A DNA stretch of 64,000 bases from an uncultured Verrucomicrobiae bacterium. Lineage in GTDB: Bacteria > Verrucomicrobiota > Verrucomicrobiia > Chthoniobacterales > JAATET01. Below are positions 39,516-49,839 of this stretch, piece after piece (position 1 is the first letter of the stretch; each line of letters starts with the position of its first letter). The translations under genes were made by a program, and so were the position numbers. The notes beneath the pieces were generated by a model, which did no database searches, had not been told where the DNA came from, and worked only from the letters and a program-made list of their open reading frames with translations. The stretch covers positions 1,283,140-1,347,139 of the forward strand of contig CAVXHK010000001.1 of NCBI GenBank assembly GCA_963761705.1, in the 5' to 3' direction.

Positions 39516-40204
39516 ATGGACGGCGAGAGAAAGGCGGTGATCTGGTCGGAAACGTTGGACCAGGAAGTCACGTTACGCGTGGGGTTGCCGCCGGGGTATG
39601 GAGGTGGGCGACGCTTTCCCGTTGTGGTTTGCTTGAGCGGGGGCTCTTCGAGTCGGCCTGCGAGTGGGTCGTGACGCTGGCTGGGGAGGGGTCGATGCCG
39701 CTGGCGATCGTGGTCGGGGTGGACCCTGGGGTGGGGGGGCGATTCGTGACGGAGGAGCTGGTCGGATGGATCGACGCGGAATACCTGACCTTGGGGGTGC
39801 CCGAGGCGCGGGTGCTGATCGGGTCGGGTTTTGGGGCGCTCGAGGCGGCGCGGTTGGCGTTGGGAAGGCGGGGACGAGACGGGTCGCCGCCGTTTGGGAA
39901 GGTAGCGGGGCTTTCGACGTCGTTCGAGGGGAAGGCTGGTGACCTGCCGGGGGACTGCGAGGGGCTGCGAGAAATCGAGGAGCTGGACGCTCTGCCGGTC
40001 GGAGTGCGGATGTATTTCGACTACGGGACCGTGGCGCTCGACGAGTGCTACGAGCCGTATCACGCCGAGCTTGGGTCGCTCCTGCGGGAGCGCGGGTGGC
40101 GGGACGGGCGGGAATTTGTGATCGAACGGGTGCCGGGTGGGGCGCAGACGGCGGGGTCGTGGCGGAAGCGGCTCGGTCCCGCGCTGCGGTGGCTGTGCGG
40201 CTGA
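39516..40204 (+). pseudogene. esterase-family (PF00756-like) alpha/beta hydrolase, frame-disrupted in a G5 run and lacking the nucleophile Ser
   Basis: Frame 0 reads ...TLRVGLPPGYGGGRRFPVVVCLSGG. It then continues in frame 2 as LFESACEWVV..PLAIVVGVDPG..LIGSGFGALEAARLAL. The switch is at AGCGGGGGCTC (39636-39646). The expected GHSMGG is GSGFGA here. Confidence 0.6.
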
Positions 40205-40666
40205 TCAGCGCTCGTGTTTTTTCGGGATCGGGATGACGAGGACCGGGATCTCGGAGCGCTTGAGGATGCCGGTGACGACGCTGCCGGCGAAGAGATTGTA
40301 GAGTGCTCCGTGGCCGTGCGAGCCGACGAGGATCGTGTCGGCTTGCTGGGTCTCGGCGGTGTTGACGATTTCTTCGGCGGCAAGACCGATCACGGCGATG
40401 GAGTCGGCTTCGAGGCCGTCGGTGCGGGCGGCGGCGACGAGCTTGGCGAGGCGCTCTTTTTGGGGTTCGGCGTCGAGTTCCATCATCGGCGGCGGGGCGG
40501 TCTCGATGACGTCCATGGCCGCTCCGACGGGGACGTAGTTGGCGACGGGTTCGACCACGTGGACGAAAAAAATCTTGGCGGGGAGGGCTTTCGCGAGGGC
40601 GTGAGCTTGGTCGATGACCTTGGTGGAGGCATCGCTGAAATCAACGGCGGCGAGGAGGATTTTCAT
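40205..40666 (-). CDS. universal stress protein (UspA family)
   Basis: 153 aa; MKILLAAVDFSD...ILVGSHGHGALYNLFAGSV. Confidence 0.9.
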   Translation of the reverse strand: MKILLAAVDFSDASTKVIDQAHALAKALPAKIFFVHVVEPVANYVPVGAAMDVIETAPPPMMELDAEPQKERLAKLVAAARTDGLEADSIAVIGLAAEEIVNTAETQQADTILVGSHGHGALYNLFAGSVVTGILKRSEIPVLVIPIPKKHER

Positions 40667-40730
40667 GGAATGAGGTTAATTCGGGTTGGAGTGGCTTGCG
40701 AGTGAATAGCTGGCCCGCGATGATGGGTGG

Positions 40731-42065
40731 GTGGAGGATTTATTTGGTTCGGACGCCGAGGTGGTGGTCGACGCGAACGCGCCGCTGGCGGCGCGCATGC
40801 GGCCGCGAGTGATTGGGGAGGTGGTGGGTCAGCGGCACATTCTGGGGGAGGGGAGGTTGTTGCGGCGGGCGATCGAGGCGGATCGGATCTCGTCGATTCT
40901 GTTGTTCGGGCCGCCGGGGACGGGGAAGACGAGTCTGGCGCACGTGATCGCGGGGGCAACGGAGTCGCGATTCGAGCGGATGAACGCGGTGGAGAGTAAC
41001 GTGGCGGACATCCGTCGCGTGGCGGGGGCGGCGGCAAACCGGGCGCGGGGCGGCGGGGCGCGGACGATTTTGTTCATCGACGAGATTCACCGCTTCAACA
41101 AGGCGCAGCAGGACGTGTTGCTGCCGGACGTGGAGAGTGGGCTGGTGAGGCTGATCGGGGCGACGACGCACAATCCGTATTTTTACGTAAATTCGCCGCT
41201 CGTCTCGCGATCGCAGGTCTTCGAACTCCAGCCGTTGGTGGAGGACGATCTGGTTGCGTTGATGGAGCGGGCGGTGGCGGACGAAGAGCGCGGGTTGGGC
41301 GGGCGGGGCGTGGTGCTGGAAGCGGAGGCGGCGCGGCATCTGGCGGTGATCAGCGACGGGGACGCGCGCAAGTGTCTCAACGGACTGGAGCTGGCGGCGT
41401 TGACGACGGCGGCGGACGCGGCGGGGCGGGTGGTGATTTCGCTGGGGGTGGCGGAGGAGAGTATCCAGCGGAAGGCGGTGGTTTACGACGGGGATGGGGA
41501 CGGGCACTACGACACGATCAGCGCATTCATCAAGAGTCTCCGTGGGTCGGACCCGGACGCTTCGATTTATTGGCTGGCGAAAATGCTCTACGCCGGGGAG
41601 GACGTGCGGTTCATCGCGCGGCGGATGGTCATTTGTGCGAGCGAAGACGTGGGGCTGGCGGATTCGAGCGCGCTATCGGTGGCCGTGGCGGCGGCTCAAG
41701 CGATCGATCTGGTGGGGCTGCCGGAGGTGCAGCTCAATCTGGCGCACGCGGCGATCTACCTCGCGACGGCTCCAAAAAGCAATCGGGCGACGGTCGCGAT
41801 CGGGGCGGCGAACAAGGACGTGCGGGAAGGGCGGACCCTGGCGGTGCCGCAACATTTGAGGGACGGGCATTACGCGGGCGCGGAGAAGCTGGGCCACGGG
41901 GTGGGTTACAAATACAGCCATGATTTCGAGGGGGCGTTTGTGCCGCAGGCGTATTTGCCGGAAGGGCGGCGGTATTACGAGCCGACGGAAAACGGGATGG
42001 AGAAGCGGGTGGGTGAGCGGTTGGCTTACTGGCGAGAGATTTTCGAAAGAGAAGCCGGGGTTTGA
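40731..42065 (+). CDS. rarA: replication-associated recombination protein A (AAA+ ATPase)
   Basis: Contains LFGPPGTGKTSLA and FIDEIHRFNKAQQD, plus a MgsA C-terminal domain. Confidence 0.95.
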   Translation: MEDLFGSDAEVVVDANAPLAARMRPRVIGEVVGQRHILGEGRLLRRAIEADRISSILLFGPPGTGKTSLAHVIAGATESRFERMNAVESNVADIRRVAGAAANRARGGGARTILFIDEIHRFNKAQQDVLLPDVESGLVRLIGATTHNPYFYVNSPLVSRSQVFELQPLVEDDLVALMERAVADEERGLGGRGVVLEAEAARHLAVISDGDARKCLNGLELAALTTAADAAGRVVISLGVAEESIQRKAVVYDGDGDGHYDTISAFIKSLRGSDPDASIYWLAKMLYAGEDVRFIARRMVICASEDVGLADSSALSVAVAAAQAIDLVGLPEVQLNLAHAAIYLATAPKSNRATVAIGAANKDVREGRTLAVPQHLRDGHYAGAEKLGHGVGYKYSHDFEGAFVPQAYLPEGRRYYEPTENGMEKRVGERLAYWREIFEREAGV

Positions 42066-42107
42066 TCGTGAGCGGGGGCGGGCGCCGCTTGAAAGCGAAG
42101 GTGCGCT

Positions 42108-42668
42108 CTACCGACTCGTGGTGGGCAGCGCCGCCGCGCGTTGAGCGATGTCGACGTATCGGTCGGTGAAAGGAATCCAGGTGTCGCTTTTGTCCCGGGC
42201 GTCGTTGCGGCGGACGACGTTGAGCGTGGTCTGGAGTTCGCGGAGAGCCTTATCGAATCGGTTGCGTTCCGGGGGTCGGTTCATGCCGGTTTTTTGGCGG
42301 AGTTCGCCGGTCGTGAGGGGATCCAGTTCAACGAGGGCGAAGAGGTCGCGGGCGAGGCGGGAGCAATCACGGATGGCGCGGTGCGCTTCGGCGTAGTGGG
42401 TGGTGAGGCGGTCGGTGGTCATCAGGACCGCTTGGCCGTTGGGGAGTTTGCCGTAGAAGATTTCGTCCGGGTAGGCGGCGGGGAGTTCGTTTTTCCACGA
42501 CCAGATCGCGGAGACTTTCTGGCCCCAGCCGGATTCGCCGGGTTGCTTTTCGGGGAGGTCGACGGCGTCCCAGAGCGACGGGACGGTCGATTTTTTGTCG
42601 CCAAAGATGCCAACGATGCCGTGATGGCGGACGAAGGCGCGGGCTTGGGCGAGGGTGCGGATTGGCAC
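42108..42668 (-). CDS. conserved-looking hypothetical protein (possible winged-helix C-terminus)
   Basis: 186 aa with unbiased composition. No family confidently recognised. Confidence 0.55.
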   Translation of the reverse strand: MPIRTLAQARAFVRHHGIVGIFGDKKSTVPSLWDAVDLPEKQPGESGWGQKVSAIWSWKNELPAAYPDEIFYGKLPNGQAVLMTTDRLTTHYAEAHRAIRDCSRLARDLFALVELDPLTTGELRQKTGMNRPPERNRFDKALRELQTTLNVVRRNDARDKSDTWIPFTDRYVDIAQRAAALPTTSR

Positions 42669-42694
42669 GGCGTCGGGGAGTGCCGCGCTCTGGA

Positions 42695-43807
42695 TTACCC
42701 GAGCAAGTGATCCGGATTGAGCTTCTGCAGGGCTTTGGGGAGGAAAATGCCATCCTGGCGGATGAGCTTGCCGTCGAACCAGATCTCGCCGCCGCCGTAG
42801 TCTTTGCGTTGGATGTTGACCATGTCCCAGTGGATGCGGCTCTTGTTGCCGTTGCCAGCGCGCGCGTAGGCTTGGCCGGGAGTGAAGTGGAAGGACCCCG
42901 AGATTTTTTCGTCGAAGAGGATGTCACGCATCGGGTGGAGGATGTGCGGATTGAAGCCGATGGCGAACTCGCCGATGAACCGCGAGCCGGCGTCGCTGTC
43001 GAGGATCTTATTGAGCGCTTCGGTGTTGTTGGACGTGGCCTTGACGATCTTGCCTTTGGAAAATTCGAGGACGATGCCTTCGAAGGCGATGCCCTGGTAG
43101 ATCGTCGGCGTGTTGTAGGTGATGACGCCTTCGACGCTGTCTTTGACTGGGCAGGAAAAGACTTCGCCATCGGGAATGTTGCGATCGCCGCCGCACATTT
43201 CGGAGCCGATGCCTTTGATCGAGAAGCGAAGATCGGTGCCGGGACCCTTGAGGTGAACTTTGTCGGTCTTGTCCATGAGGGACTTGAGCGCCTTCATGCC
43301 CGGGAGCATGCGGCTGTAATCGAGGGTGCAAACTTTGAAGTAGAAATCCTCGAACGCCTCGGTGCTCATCTGCGCCTGTTGCGCCATGGAAGGAGTGGGC
43401 CAGCGGAGGACGACCCACTTGGTCTTGTTGATCCGGTAGTCGAGGACGGGGCGCATCTTGCCGCCGATGAGCAACATGCGGTCCTCGGGGATGTCGGACA
43501 TCTCGGTGATGTTATGGCTGCCGCGGATGGCGATGTAGGCGTCCATCTTCTTCATGCGGGCCAGCTCGATGGTGCTGGAGACCGCGAGCTGGGCTTCGTC
43601 GACCCCGGCGGCGAGTTCGCGCGAGATGCGGGCGTTGTGGAGCTGAACGAATGGCGTGGCCTTGGCGGCGCGGACGGCGCGGACGAGGGTGATCACGAAT
43701 TCTTCGGGGATGTCGAAGGCGTCAATGAGGACCTTCTCGCCGGGTTTGAGGTCGGTCGAGTGGCGGGTGAGGACGGCGGAGAGGTCGTTGAAGCGGGGAT
43801 CGGTCAT
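42695..43807 (-). CDS. aminopeptidase, M29 (PepS/AmpS) family
   Basis: 370 aa; [20 protein letters not shown]...HFTPGQAY. Overall M29 layout. Confidence 0.88.
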   Translation of the reverse strand: MTDPRFNDLSAVLTRHSTDLKPGEKVLIDAFDIPEEFVITLVRAVRAAKATPFVQLHNARISRELAAGVDEAQLAVSSTIELARMKKMDAYIAIRGSHNITEMSDIPEDRMLLIGGKMRPVLDYRINKTKWVVLRWPTPSMAQQAQMSTEAFEDFYFKVCTLDYSRMLPGMKALKSLMDKTDKVHLKGPGTDLRFSIKGIGSEMCGGDRNIPDGEVFSCPVKDSVEGVITYNTPTIYQGIAFEGIVLEFSKGKIVKATSNNTEALNKILDSDAGSRFIGEFAIGFNPHILHPMRDILFDEKISGSFHFTPGQAYARAGNGNKSRIHWDMVNIQRKDYGGGEIWFDGKLIRQDGIFLPKALQKLNPDHLLG

Positions 43808-43818
43808 GGGGAAAGTGT

Positions 43819-45231
43819 CTAGGTTTCGGAGTTTTTCGGTTCCTTCGGAGCGTCGATTTCTGGTTCGGCGACCGGGTCTTTTTTGAAATGGACTTCGAGG
43901 ATGCGGCGGGCGTCGGATTTGGCGACGGTGGCGAGCCAGTGGCCGATGCGGGCGGTTTCGCCGACGACCGGGAGATGGCCAAGTTCGGAAGTAATGTAGC
44001 CGCCGATGGTGGTGACGTCGGCTTCATCGAACTTGAAATCAAGTTTTTCTTCGAGTTCGTAGAGGGCGTGGGTGCCGTCGGTTTCGAACTCGGATTCGTT
44101 GATCTTGCGGTAGTCCTCGGCGGCAACGTCGAATTCGTCCTGAATGTCTCCAACGAGTTCTTCGAGGACGTTGTCGAGAGTGACGATGCCGACGGCTCCA
44201 CCGTATTCGTCGACGGCGACGGCGAGGTGGGCGTGCTTGGTCAGGAAGAAGCGGAGAAGCTTCTCCAGGGGCATCATTTCCGACACGTGGAGGAGTTCGC
44301 GCTTGATCGAGTCGAAGTCCTGGCGGTTCTCGCGGATGAGGGCAAGGAGGTCTTTGATGTGAACGAGGCCGACCGCGTCGTCGAGGTGCTCGCGGCAGAG
44401 CGGGAAGCGAGTGTGGCGGGATTCCATCGCAGTCTTCATCTCGCCATCGAAAGGCTCGTCGAGATCGAGGTAAACGACCTCGCCGCGGGGTGTCATGATG
44501 TCGCGGACGATCCGGCGTTTGAGGTCGAGGGCGGCGATGCTGATCTCGCGGCCAAGGGACGAAACTTCGTCGGACTTCTGGCTCTCGGCGATGATGAGTC
44601 GGAGTTCCTCTTCGCTGTGGGCGAGTTCGGATTCGCCGGCGGGTTCGACCTTGAAAGCGTGGCGGAGGAGGAAGTTCGCGTTGCCGTTAAGGAACCAGAT
44701 CAGTGGCTTGAAGACGAGGTAGAAGAGGCGCAGCGGTCCGCTGACGAGCATGGTGATCTGAAGGGCCTTTCGGATGGCGAGCGACTTCGGGGCGAGTTCG
44801 CCGAGGACGATGTGAAGGTAGGTGATGATCGAAAACGCGATGGCGAAGCCCGCGGTGTGGACCACAACGGCTGACTCGATCCCGACTCGGTGGAAAACGG
44901 GCTCGATCATGGCCGCAAGGAACGGCTCGCCTATCCAGCCGAGGCCGAGACTGGCGAGAGTGATGCCGAGCTGCGTGGCGGAGAGGTATTCGTCGAGATG
45001 GGCGACGACGACGCGGGCGCGGGCAGCATTTTTCACGCCCTGATCGATGAGGGCATCGACCTGGCTCCCGCGGACTTTGACGATGGCGAATTCGGAGGCG
45101 ACGAAGAAACCGTTCAGGAGGACGAGAACGAGAATCGCCAGGAGCTTGATGAAGACAACTCCGGGGGAATCCCAGTCGGTGATGACAGCGCCGTCGACGG
45201 CTGCAGCCAGAAAGAGATGCGAGATTTCCAT
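43819..45231 (-). CDS. CNNM/HlyC/CorC-family transporter-associated protein (DUF21-CBS pair-CorC_HlyC)
   Basis: 470 aa with N-terminal TM DUF21, a CBS pair and a C-terminal CorC domain. Confidence 0.9.
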   Translation of the reverse strand: MEISHLFLAAAVDGAVITDWDSPGVVFIKLLAILVLVLLNGFFVASEFAIVKVRGSQVDALIDQGVKNAARARVVVAHLDEYLSATQLGITLASLGLGWIGEPFLAAMIEPVFHRVGIESAVVVHTAGFAIAFSIITYLHIVLGELAPKSLAIRKALQITMLVSGPLRLFYLVFKPLIWFLNGNANFLLRHAFKVEPAGESELAHSEEELRLIIAESQKSDEVSSLGREISIAALDLKRRIVRDIMTPRGEVVYLDLDEPFDGEMKTAMESRHTRFPLCREHLDDAVGLVHIKDLLALIRENRQDFDSIKRELLHVSEMMPLEKLLRFFLTKHAHLAVAVDEYGGAVGIVTLDNVLEELVGDIQDEFDVAAEDYRKINESEFETDGTHALYELEEKLDFKFDEADVTTIGGYITSELGHLPVVGETARIGHWLATVAKSDARRILEVHFKKDPVAEPEIDAPKEPKNSET

Positions 45232-45457
45232 TAGAATCCAGAGGTGGGCCGTCAGCTCCCGGGGTCTGGGCCCCGAAGGTTAGTGAATTGGCTAATAGCG
45301 TGGATGTCCCGGGTTCTTTCAGGTCGTCGGACGGCATGCAACGGATGAGTTCGGGGGAAGCTGAGTGGCTTTTGGCAGCGTGCTAGAAACGAAGACGGGA
45401 CGGATGTTACCCCGTCCCTTCCGTGCGGCGGGATCAGACCCGCCCAGCGATGACTGC

Positions 45458-45727
45458 TTACCAGCTCGACTTGGTGACGCCGGGAATGTAGCCGTTCAGA
45501 GCAAGTTCGCGGAAAGTCATCCGGGAGAGTTTGAAGCGGCGCAGGAAAGCGCGGCGGCGGCCGGTGAGTTGGCAGCGATTCACGACGCGGGTCGGGCTTG
45601 CGTCGCGAGGGAGTTGGGTGAGACCGATGTAGTCTTTGTTTGCTTTGAGTTCCGCGCGAATCTCGGCGTACTTTTCAACTGTCTTTCGCTTGCGGTCGTT
45701 CCGCTCGAGCCATGCTTTCTTTGCCAT
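45458..45727 (-). CDS. rpsN: 30S ribosomal protein S14 (long, non-zinc form), located away from the spc operon
   Basis: Trimmed to ATG 45727; 89 aa, [20 protein letters not shown]...[23 protein letters not shown]. Confidence 0.93.
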   Translation of the reverse strand: MAKKAWLERNDRKRKTVEKYAEIRAELKANKDYIGLTQLPRDASPTRVVNRCQLTGRRRAFLRRFKLSRMTFRELALNGYIPGVTKSSW

Positions 45728-45855
45728 AAGGAACCCGGAATTATGCACGGGGGCATCGGGATGGCAAGGCGTAAGTGAGGTGCTTGGGGTTTTTCTTTGA
45801 GTCAGGTTTTGGGAGGGTTTGGGTCATTGCGGGTCATTGGCCGCGGGCGATGGTT

Positions 45856-46317
45856 TTATCGGACAACGAGGATGCGGGCTGGCGGGTTCTCGAGGGAATC
45901 GTCGGGCATTTTTCCCATCAATTGCCCACCGAGCGGCGATTCCGGCGTGATGAGCGTGATGGACTGTTCGTCGAAAACGATTTCGGTTCCGCCGCCCGCT
46001 GGAGCGAGGAAGAACCAGTGCCTTTCACCGGGAAGCTCAAGCTCGATGGCGGCTCCGAGATCGATCGGGTCGGCGGGGGCGAACGCGCGAGGGGTGAGTG
46101 TGTCGAAGGCGGCGAGGGCTTCGCGGGCGGTGAGGGCTTGCTTGGCGAGACCGTCGGCGAGGTAGTTCTGTTCCGTTGAGAGGGTATCGTATTTGTCTTC
46201 GGCGCGGCTCTCTTCGTCGTTGCCGCCGGCGCGGGTTTGGCGGGAGGCGGCGCGGAGGTTTTCGAACTCCGCGAGCAGGGTCGCCCGGATGGCTTCGAAG
46301 AGGTCGGGTTTATTCAC
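45856..46317 (-). CDS. GreA/GreB-family elongation-factor-like protein
   Basis: 153 aa. Helical N-terminus and a C-terminal domain with a Gre-like ITLITPESPLGGQLMGKMPDD. Confidence 0.65.
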   Translation of the reverse strand: MNKPDLFEAIRATLLAEFENLRAASRQTRAGGNDEESRAEDKYDTLSTEQNYLADGLAKQALTAREALAAFDTLTPRAFAPADPIDLGAAIELELPGERHWFFLAPAGGGTEIVFDEQSITLITPESPLGGQLMGKMPDDSLENPPARILVVR

Positions 46318-46876
46318 CGGTCGGCAAGGAGCGGATCACTCGAGCGGGGTTGCCAACGGCGACGACGCGATCGGGAAGGGAGCGGGTCACCACGCTACCG
46401 GCTCCGACGACGGTGTGATCGCCGATGGTGACGCCGGGGCAAATGAGGGCCCCGCCGCCGATCCAGACGTTGTCGCCGATGGTGATGGGAAGGCCGAGTT
46501 CGAGATCTTGGAGGCGAAGGTGAGCCTCCAACGGGTGGGTGGCGGTGTAGATCTGGACGCTGGGCGCGAGGAGGACGTGGTTGCCGATGGTTACCGGTGC
46601 CACGTCGAGGATCAGGCAGTTGAAGTTAGCGTAGAAGTCGTTGCCGACGGTGATGTTCCAGCCGTAGTCAACGGAGAAGGGCGGCTCGATCCACGGGTTA
46701 GCGCCGACGGAGGCGAGGCCTTCGCGGATGAGGTTCTGGCGGGCCGGGCGGTCGTCCGGCGAGGACGCGGCGAGCCGGACCATCCAGTGGCGGGCGCGGG
46801 TGCGCTCGGCGGAGAGGTCGTCGTCGCCGCCGAAGTAGAGCTCGCCGGCGAGCATTTTTGCGCGTTCGGATTTCAT
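46310..46876 (-). CDS. maa: sugar O-acetyltransferase (maltose/galactoside acetyltransferase type, hexapeptide repeat)
   Basis: 188 aa with a Mac N-terminal region and left-handed beta-helix repeats (IGDNVWIGGGALICPGVTIGDHTVVGAGSVV). Confidence 0.85.
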   Translation of the reverse strand: MKSERAKMLAGELYFGGDDDLSAERTRARHWMVRLAASSPDDRPARQNLIREGLASVGANPWIEPPFSVDYGWNITVGNDFYANFNCLILDVAPVTIGNHVLLAPSVQIYTATHPLEAHLRLQDLELGLPITIGDNVWIGGGALICPGVTIGDHTVVGAGSVVTRSLPDRVVAVGNPARVIRSLPTGE

Positions 46877-46941
46877 CGGTTGGATGATGCTGAAGCGCGG
46901 CGCGGCGTCGAGGGACTTCGCGGCTGGGAGTCGTCGGCTTG

Positions 46942-47490
46942 CTAGAATTTGCTCTCGGCGGAGGCGGTGGCGGTCGCGGACTGGACCGTCACGCCGTCGG
47001 AAAGAGTCCGGGAGCCGGACAGCTTGGCTTTGGTGGCGACTTTCTTCCCGCGGATCTTGGAAGTTGCGCGGGCGACTCCGCTGTAGGCTGGTCCGTCGCC
47101 GTCGAGACTCAGCGAACCCGCGTCTCCTTTGGCGACGTATTTGATCACCTTGCCGTTGCGTTTGACTTTGGCCTTTTTGACGTCGCCCTCTGATCGAGTG
47201 TCCAAACCATCCTCCGGGCCGCCGTGTTTGACGGGGGTCTCGGTGTTTCCGTCTTTCTTAGGAATTTTCGCTTTGCCCTGCCGGTCGAAGGATTCCTCGG
47301 TGACCGTGCCGGACGGTCCGGACGTCGTGAAGACCACGTTGGTCAGCTCCCCGTCTGCCAAACCGCCTGCCTTCCGCAGGACGCGCTTTTCGTTAACAGT
47401 GTCGGCGTGGACGAGGCCGCCCGCGAAGACACTGACTCCAACGAGGGCGGGGATGAGAAAACGGCGATTGCTGCTGGTGTGGATGCTCAT
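46942..47490 (-). CDS. secreted Lys/Gly-rich protein of unknown function
   Basis: 182 aa, taken from the 3' end of a spurious 509-aa track ORF. Signal peptide MSIHTSSNRRFLIPALVGVSVFAGGLVHA. Confidence 0.55.
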   Translation of the reverse strand: MSIHTSSNRRFLIPALVGVSVFAGGLVHADTVNEKRVLRKAGGLADGELTNVVFTTSGPSGTVTEESFDRQGKAKIPKKDGNTETPVKHGGPEDGLDTRSEGDVKKAKVKRNGKVIKYVAKGDAGSLSLDGDGPAYSGVARATSKIRGKKVATKAKLSGSRTLSDGVTVQSATATASAESKF

Positions 47491-47580
47491 TACAAGCTCC
47501 ACCGTCGCACCTGAGGGAGCGAGGTCAATGACATTGTCCGTGGCTTTTTGGTCGTAAATTGCCATTAAGGTGAGGCGTCC

Positions 47581-49839
47581 GTGACTGGGATCTTTCATCA
47601 TTTGATCGTTCGGCCCCGGACGTGCTTGGCGATCGGGGCGCTCCTGACGCTCGCTCTCGGCTTGGGAGTCGTCCGGCTGCAGATTGATAATTCCACGAGC
47701 GGCTTGTTTTTGGACGACGATCCGGACGTTGGCTATTGGGGTGACGTGCGGGCTAATTTCGGCCCGGACCCGGATCTGTTCGTCATCGTGCGGAGCGGGG
47801 ATCTGTTTGGCGGCGGGGCGCTGGGAGCGGCGAGGGAATTGGCGGCGGCGGTGGCGGCGGTGCCCGGGGTGCGGCGGGCGGTGAGTCTTTTTAACGTCCG
47901 GACGATGCGCGAGGAGACATTCGAGGTCGGCGGGCGGAGCTACCAACGGGTCGCACCCGGAACGGTGCTGGCCCGGCTCCCGGCAACGGTTGCGGAATCG
48001 AAGCGGGTGAGGATGGAGATTCTCGGGGACTCCGTGCTGCGCGACACGTTGGTCAATGGCGCGGGTAACGCGATGGTCGTGGGGCTGGAGATCGACGTTT
48101 CGCCCGGGGGCGGATCGACCGAAGAAGCCGTCGTGGCTGCGGTGGTGGCGACGACCAAGGCGCTGACAACGACTTTGGAGGCTGCCGGGTTGGAGGTCGA
48201 AGTCTACGGGCGCGCTTTCGTCAAAGCGGCGATCACGGAGTCGATCTGGGAAAACTTGGCGCTGCTCGGGCCGGTCGCGTTGGTGGTGGTGCTGGGGATC
48301 ATCCTGGCGGCGTTTCGGTCGGTCGTCGCGATGGCGCTGCCGCTGCTGACGGGGGTGACGAGCGTGTTGGCGACGCTGGGGTTGATGGGTTATCTCGGGA
48401 TCGCGATGACGCCGATCTCTTCGACGGTCGTGGTGCTCGTCCTCGTGATCGGATGCGTGGAGGACATTCATCTGGTGGCGGGTTACGCGCGGGGGATCCG
48501 GGCCGGGCGGGAGCGGATCGAGGCCGTGCGGGCGCTCGGGGAGACGACGATCCCCGCGTCCGTGCTGGCGGTGCTCACAACGGTGCTGGGTTTCCTGGCG
48601 ATTGTCCCCAGTCCGGTTCCGCAGTTACGCGAATTTGCGGTTGCGTGCGCGGCCGGGGTGCTCATTAACTTCGTGCTCACGCTGCTGTTCGTTCCAGCGC
48701 TGTTGGGGCTGCTGCCGATCCCGCGGGCCTTTCGACGGACGAGTTCGGTCGGCGGGCGGGTGACGGAAGGCTGCGGGCGGATCCTGCGGGCTCGCGGGTG
48801 GGTGCTGGGTGGATTTGCGGTGTCGGCTGCCGTGGCGGGGTTGGGGGTCGCGCGGCTGGAAACTGACACCGATTACCTTCGGTTTTTCCCGGCGGATTCT
48901 CCCGTTAACGAGATCGCCGAACGGGTGTCGAACGACTTCGGCGGGAGCGCGGTTTTTTCGGTTGCGGTGGAGACGGAGCGGGCGGACGGGATCTACGAGT
49001 GGGAGACCTTCCGGGCGCTGAACGCGTTCAGCGGGCGGCTGGAGGAGCGGTTCGGCCACGCGCTGAGCGTGGGGGATCTGCTGCGTGAACTTCCGCGCGA
49101 TCCGCCGACGTCGCAGGCGGACTTGGACGAGCTGATTGCCTTGCTCCCTCGGTCGTTACTCTCGCCGTTTGTCGATCATGATGGCTCTCGGGCGCTGATC
49201 CGGGTGCGTTCGTCGAGCTCGGGGTCGAAGGGGATGCGATTGGACGCGGAGGCGGTGAAGGCGCTTGCCGATGAGGTTTTGCCCGCGGGGATCGAGGTGC
49301 GGATCTCGGGCGAGTTGCCGTTGCTCCACCGATTTGCGGATGAAGTTGTGGGTGGGTTGGTGCAGGGTCTGGCGCTGCTGCTGGCCGCCGTGGGGCTGGT
49401 CTTCGGGCTGGCGTTCCGTTCGTGGCGGTGCGGGGCAATCGGAGTGGTGGTCAATTTTTTCCCTTCGGTGGTGACGCTCGGCTTGATGGGTTGGATGGGT
49501 ATCCCGCTGGGGGTGGGGACATTTGCCATCGCCATCGTGGCGCTGGGGATCAGTGCCGACGACACGCTGCACTTCCTGGTGCGGCAGCGGGCGGAGCGGC
49601 GGCGGGGCGGGCCGCCGAACGGGGCTGTCGCGGTAGCCTTCGCGACGGAACTCCAACCCGTCCTCGTGACGACGGTAGCGGTGACGGTCGGGTTTCTGGT
49701 GCTCGGGCTGAGTTCGCTCGCGCTGCACCGCGAGGCAGCGGTCTTGTATGCGGTCGCGTTCGGGTCGGCGCTCGTGGCGGACTTGTTGCTATTACCCTGC
49801 CTTTTGGCGGGGCGGGATCAGTCGAGAAATTTGTCGTAG
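47581..49839 (+). CDS. MMPL/RND-superfamily lipid exporter (HpnN/MmpL-like)
   Basis: 752 aa with two 6-TM bundles, each preceded by a soluble loop. GTG start. Confidence 0.82.
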   Translation: MTGIFHHLIVRPRTCLAIGALLTLALGLGVVRLQIDNSTSGLFLDDDPDVGYWGDVRANFGPDPDLFVIVRSGDLFGGGALGAARELAAAVAAVPGVRRAVSLFNVRTMREETFEVGGRSYQRVAPGTVLARLPATVAESKRVRMEILGDSVLRDTLVNGAGNAMVVGLEIDVSPGGGSTEEAVVAAVVATTKALTTTLEAAGLEVEVYGRAFVKAAITESIWENLALLGPVALVVVLGIILAAFRSVVAMALPLLTGVTSVLATLGLMGYLGIAMTPISSTVVVLVLVIGCVEDIHLVAGYARGIRAGRERIEAVRALGETTIPASVLAVLTTVLGFLAIVPSPVPQLREFAVACAAGVLINFVLTLLFVPALLGLLPIPRAFRRTSSVGGRVTEGCGRILRARGWVLGGFAVSAAVAGLGVARLETDTDYLRFFPADSPVNEIAERVSNDFGGSAVFSVAVETERADGIYEWETFRALNAFSGRLEERFGHALSVGDLLRELPRDPPTSQADLDELIALLPRSLLSPFVDHDGSRALIRVRSSSSGSKGMRLDAEAVKALADEVLPAGIEVRISGELPLLHRFADEVVGGLVQGLALLLAAVGLVFGLAFRSWRCGAIGVVVNFFPSVVTLGLMGWMGIPLGVGTFAIAIVALGISADDTLHFLVRQRAERRRGGPPNGAVAVAFATELQPVLVTTVAVTVGFLVLGLSSLALHREAAVLYAVAFGSALVADLLLLPCLLAGRDQSRNLS

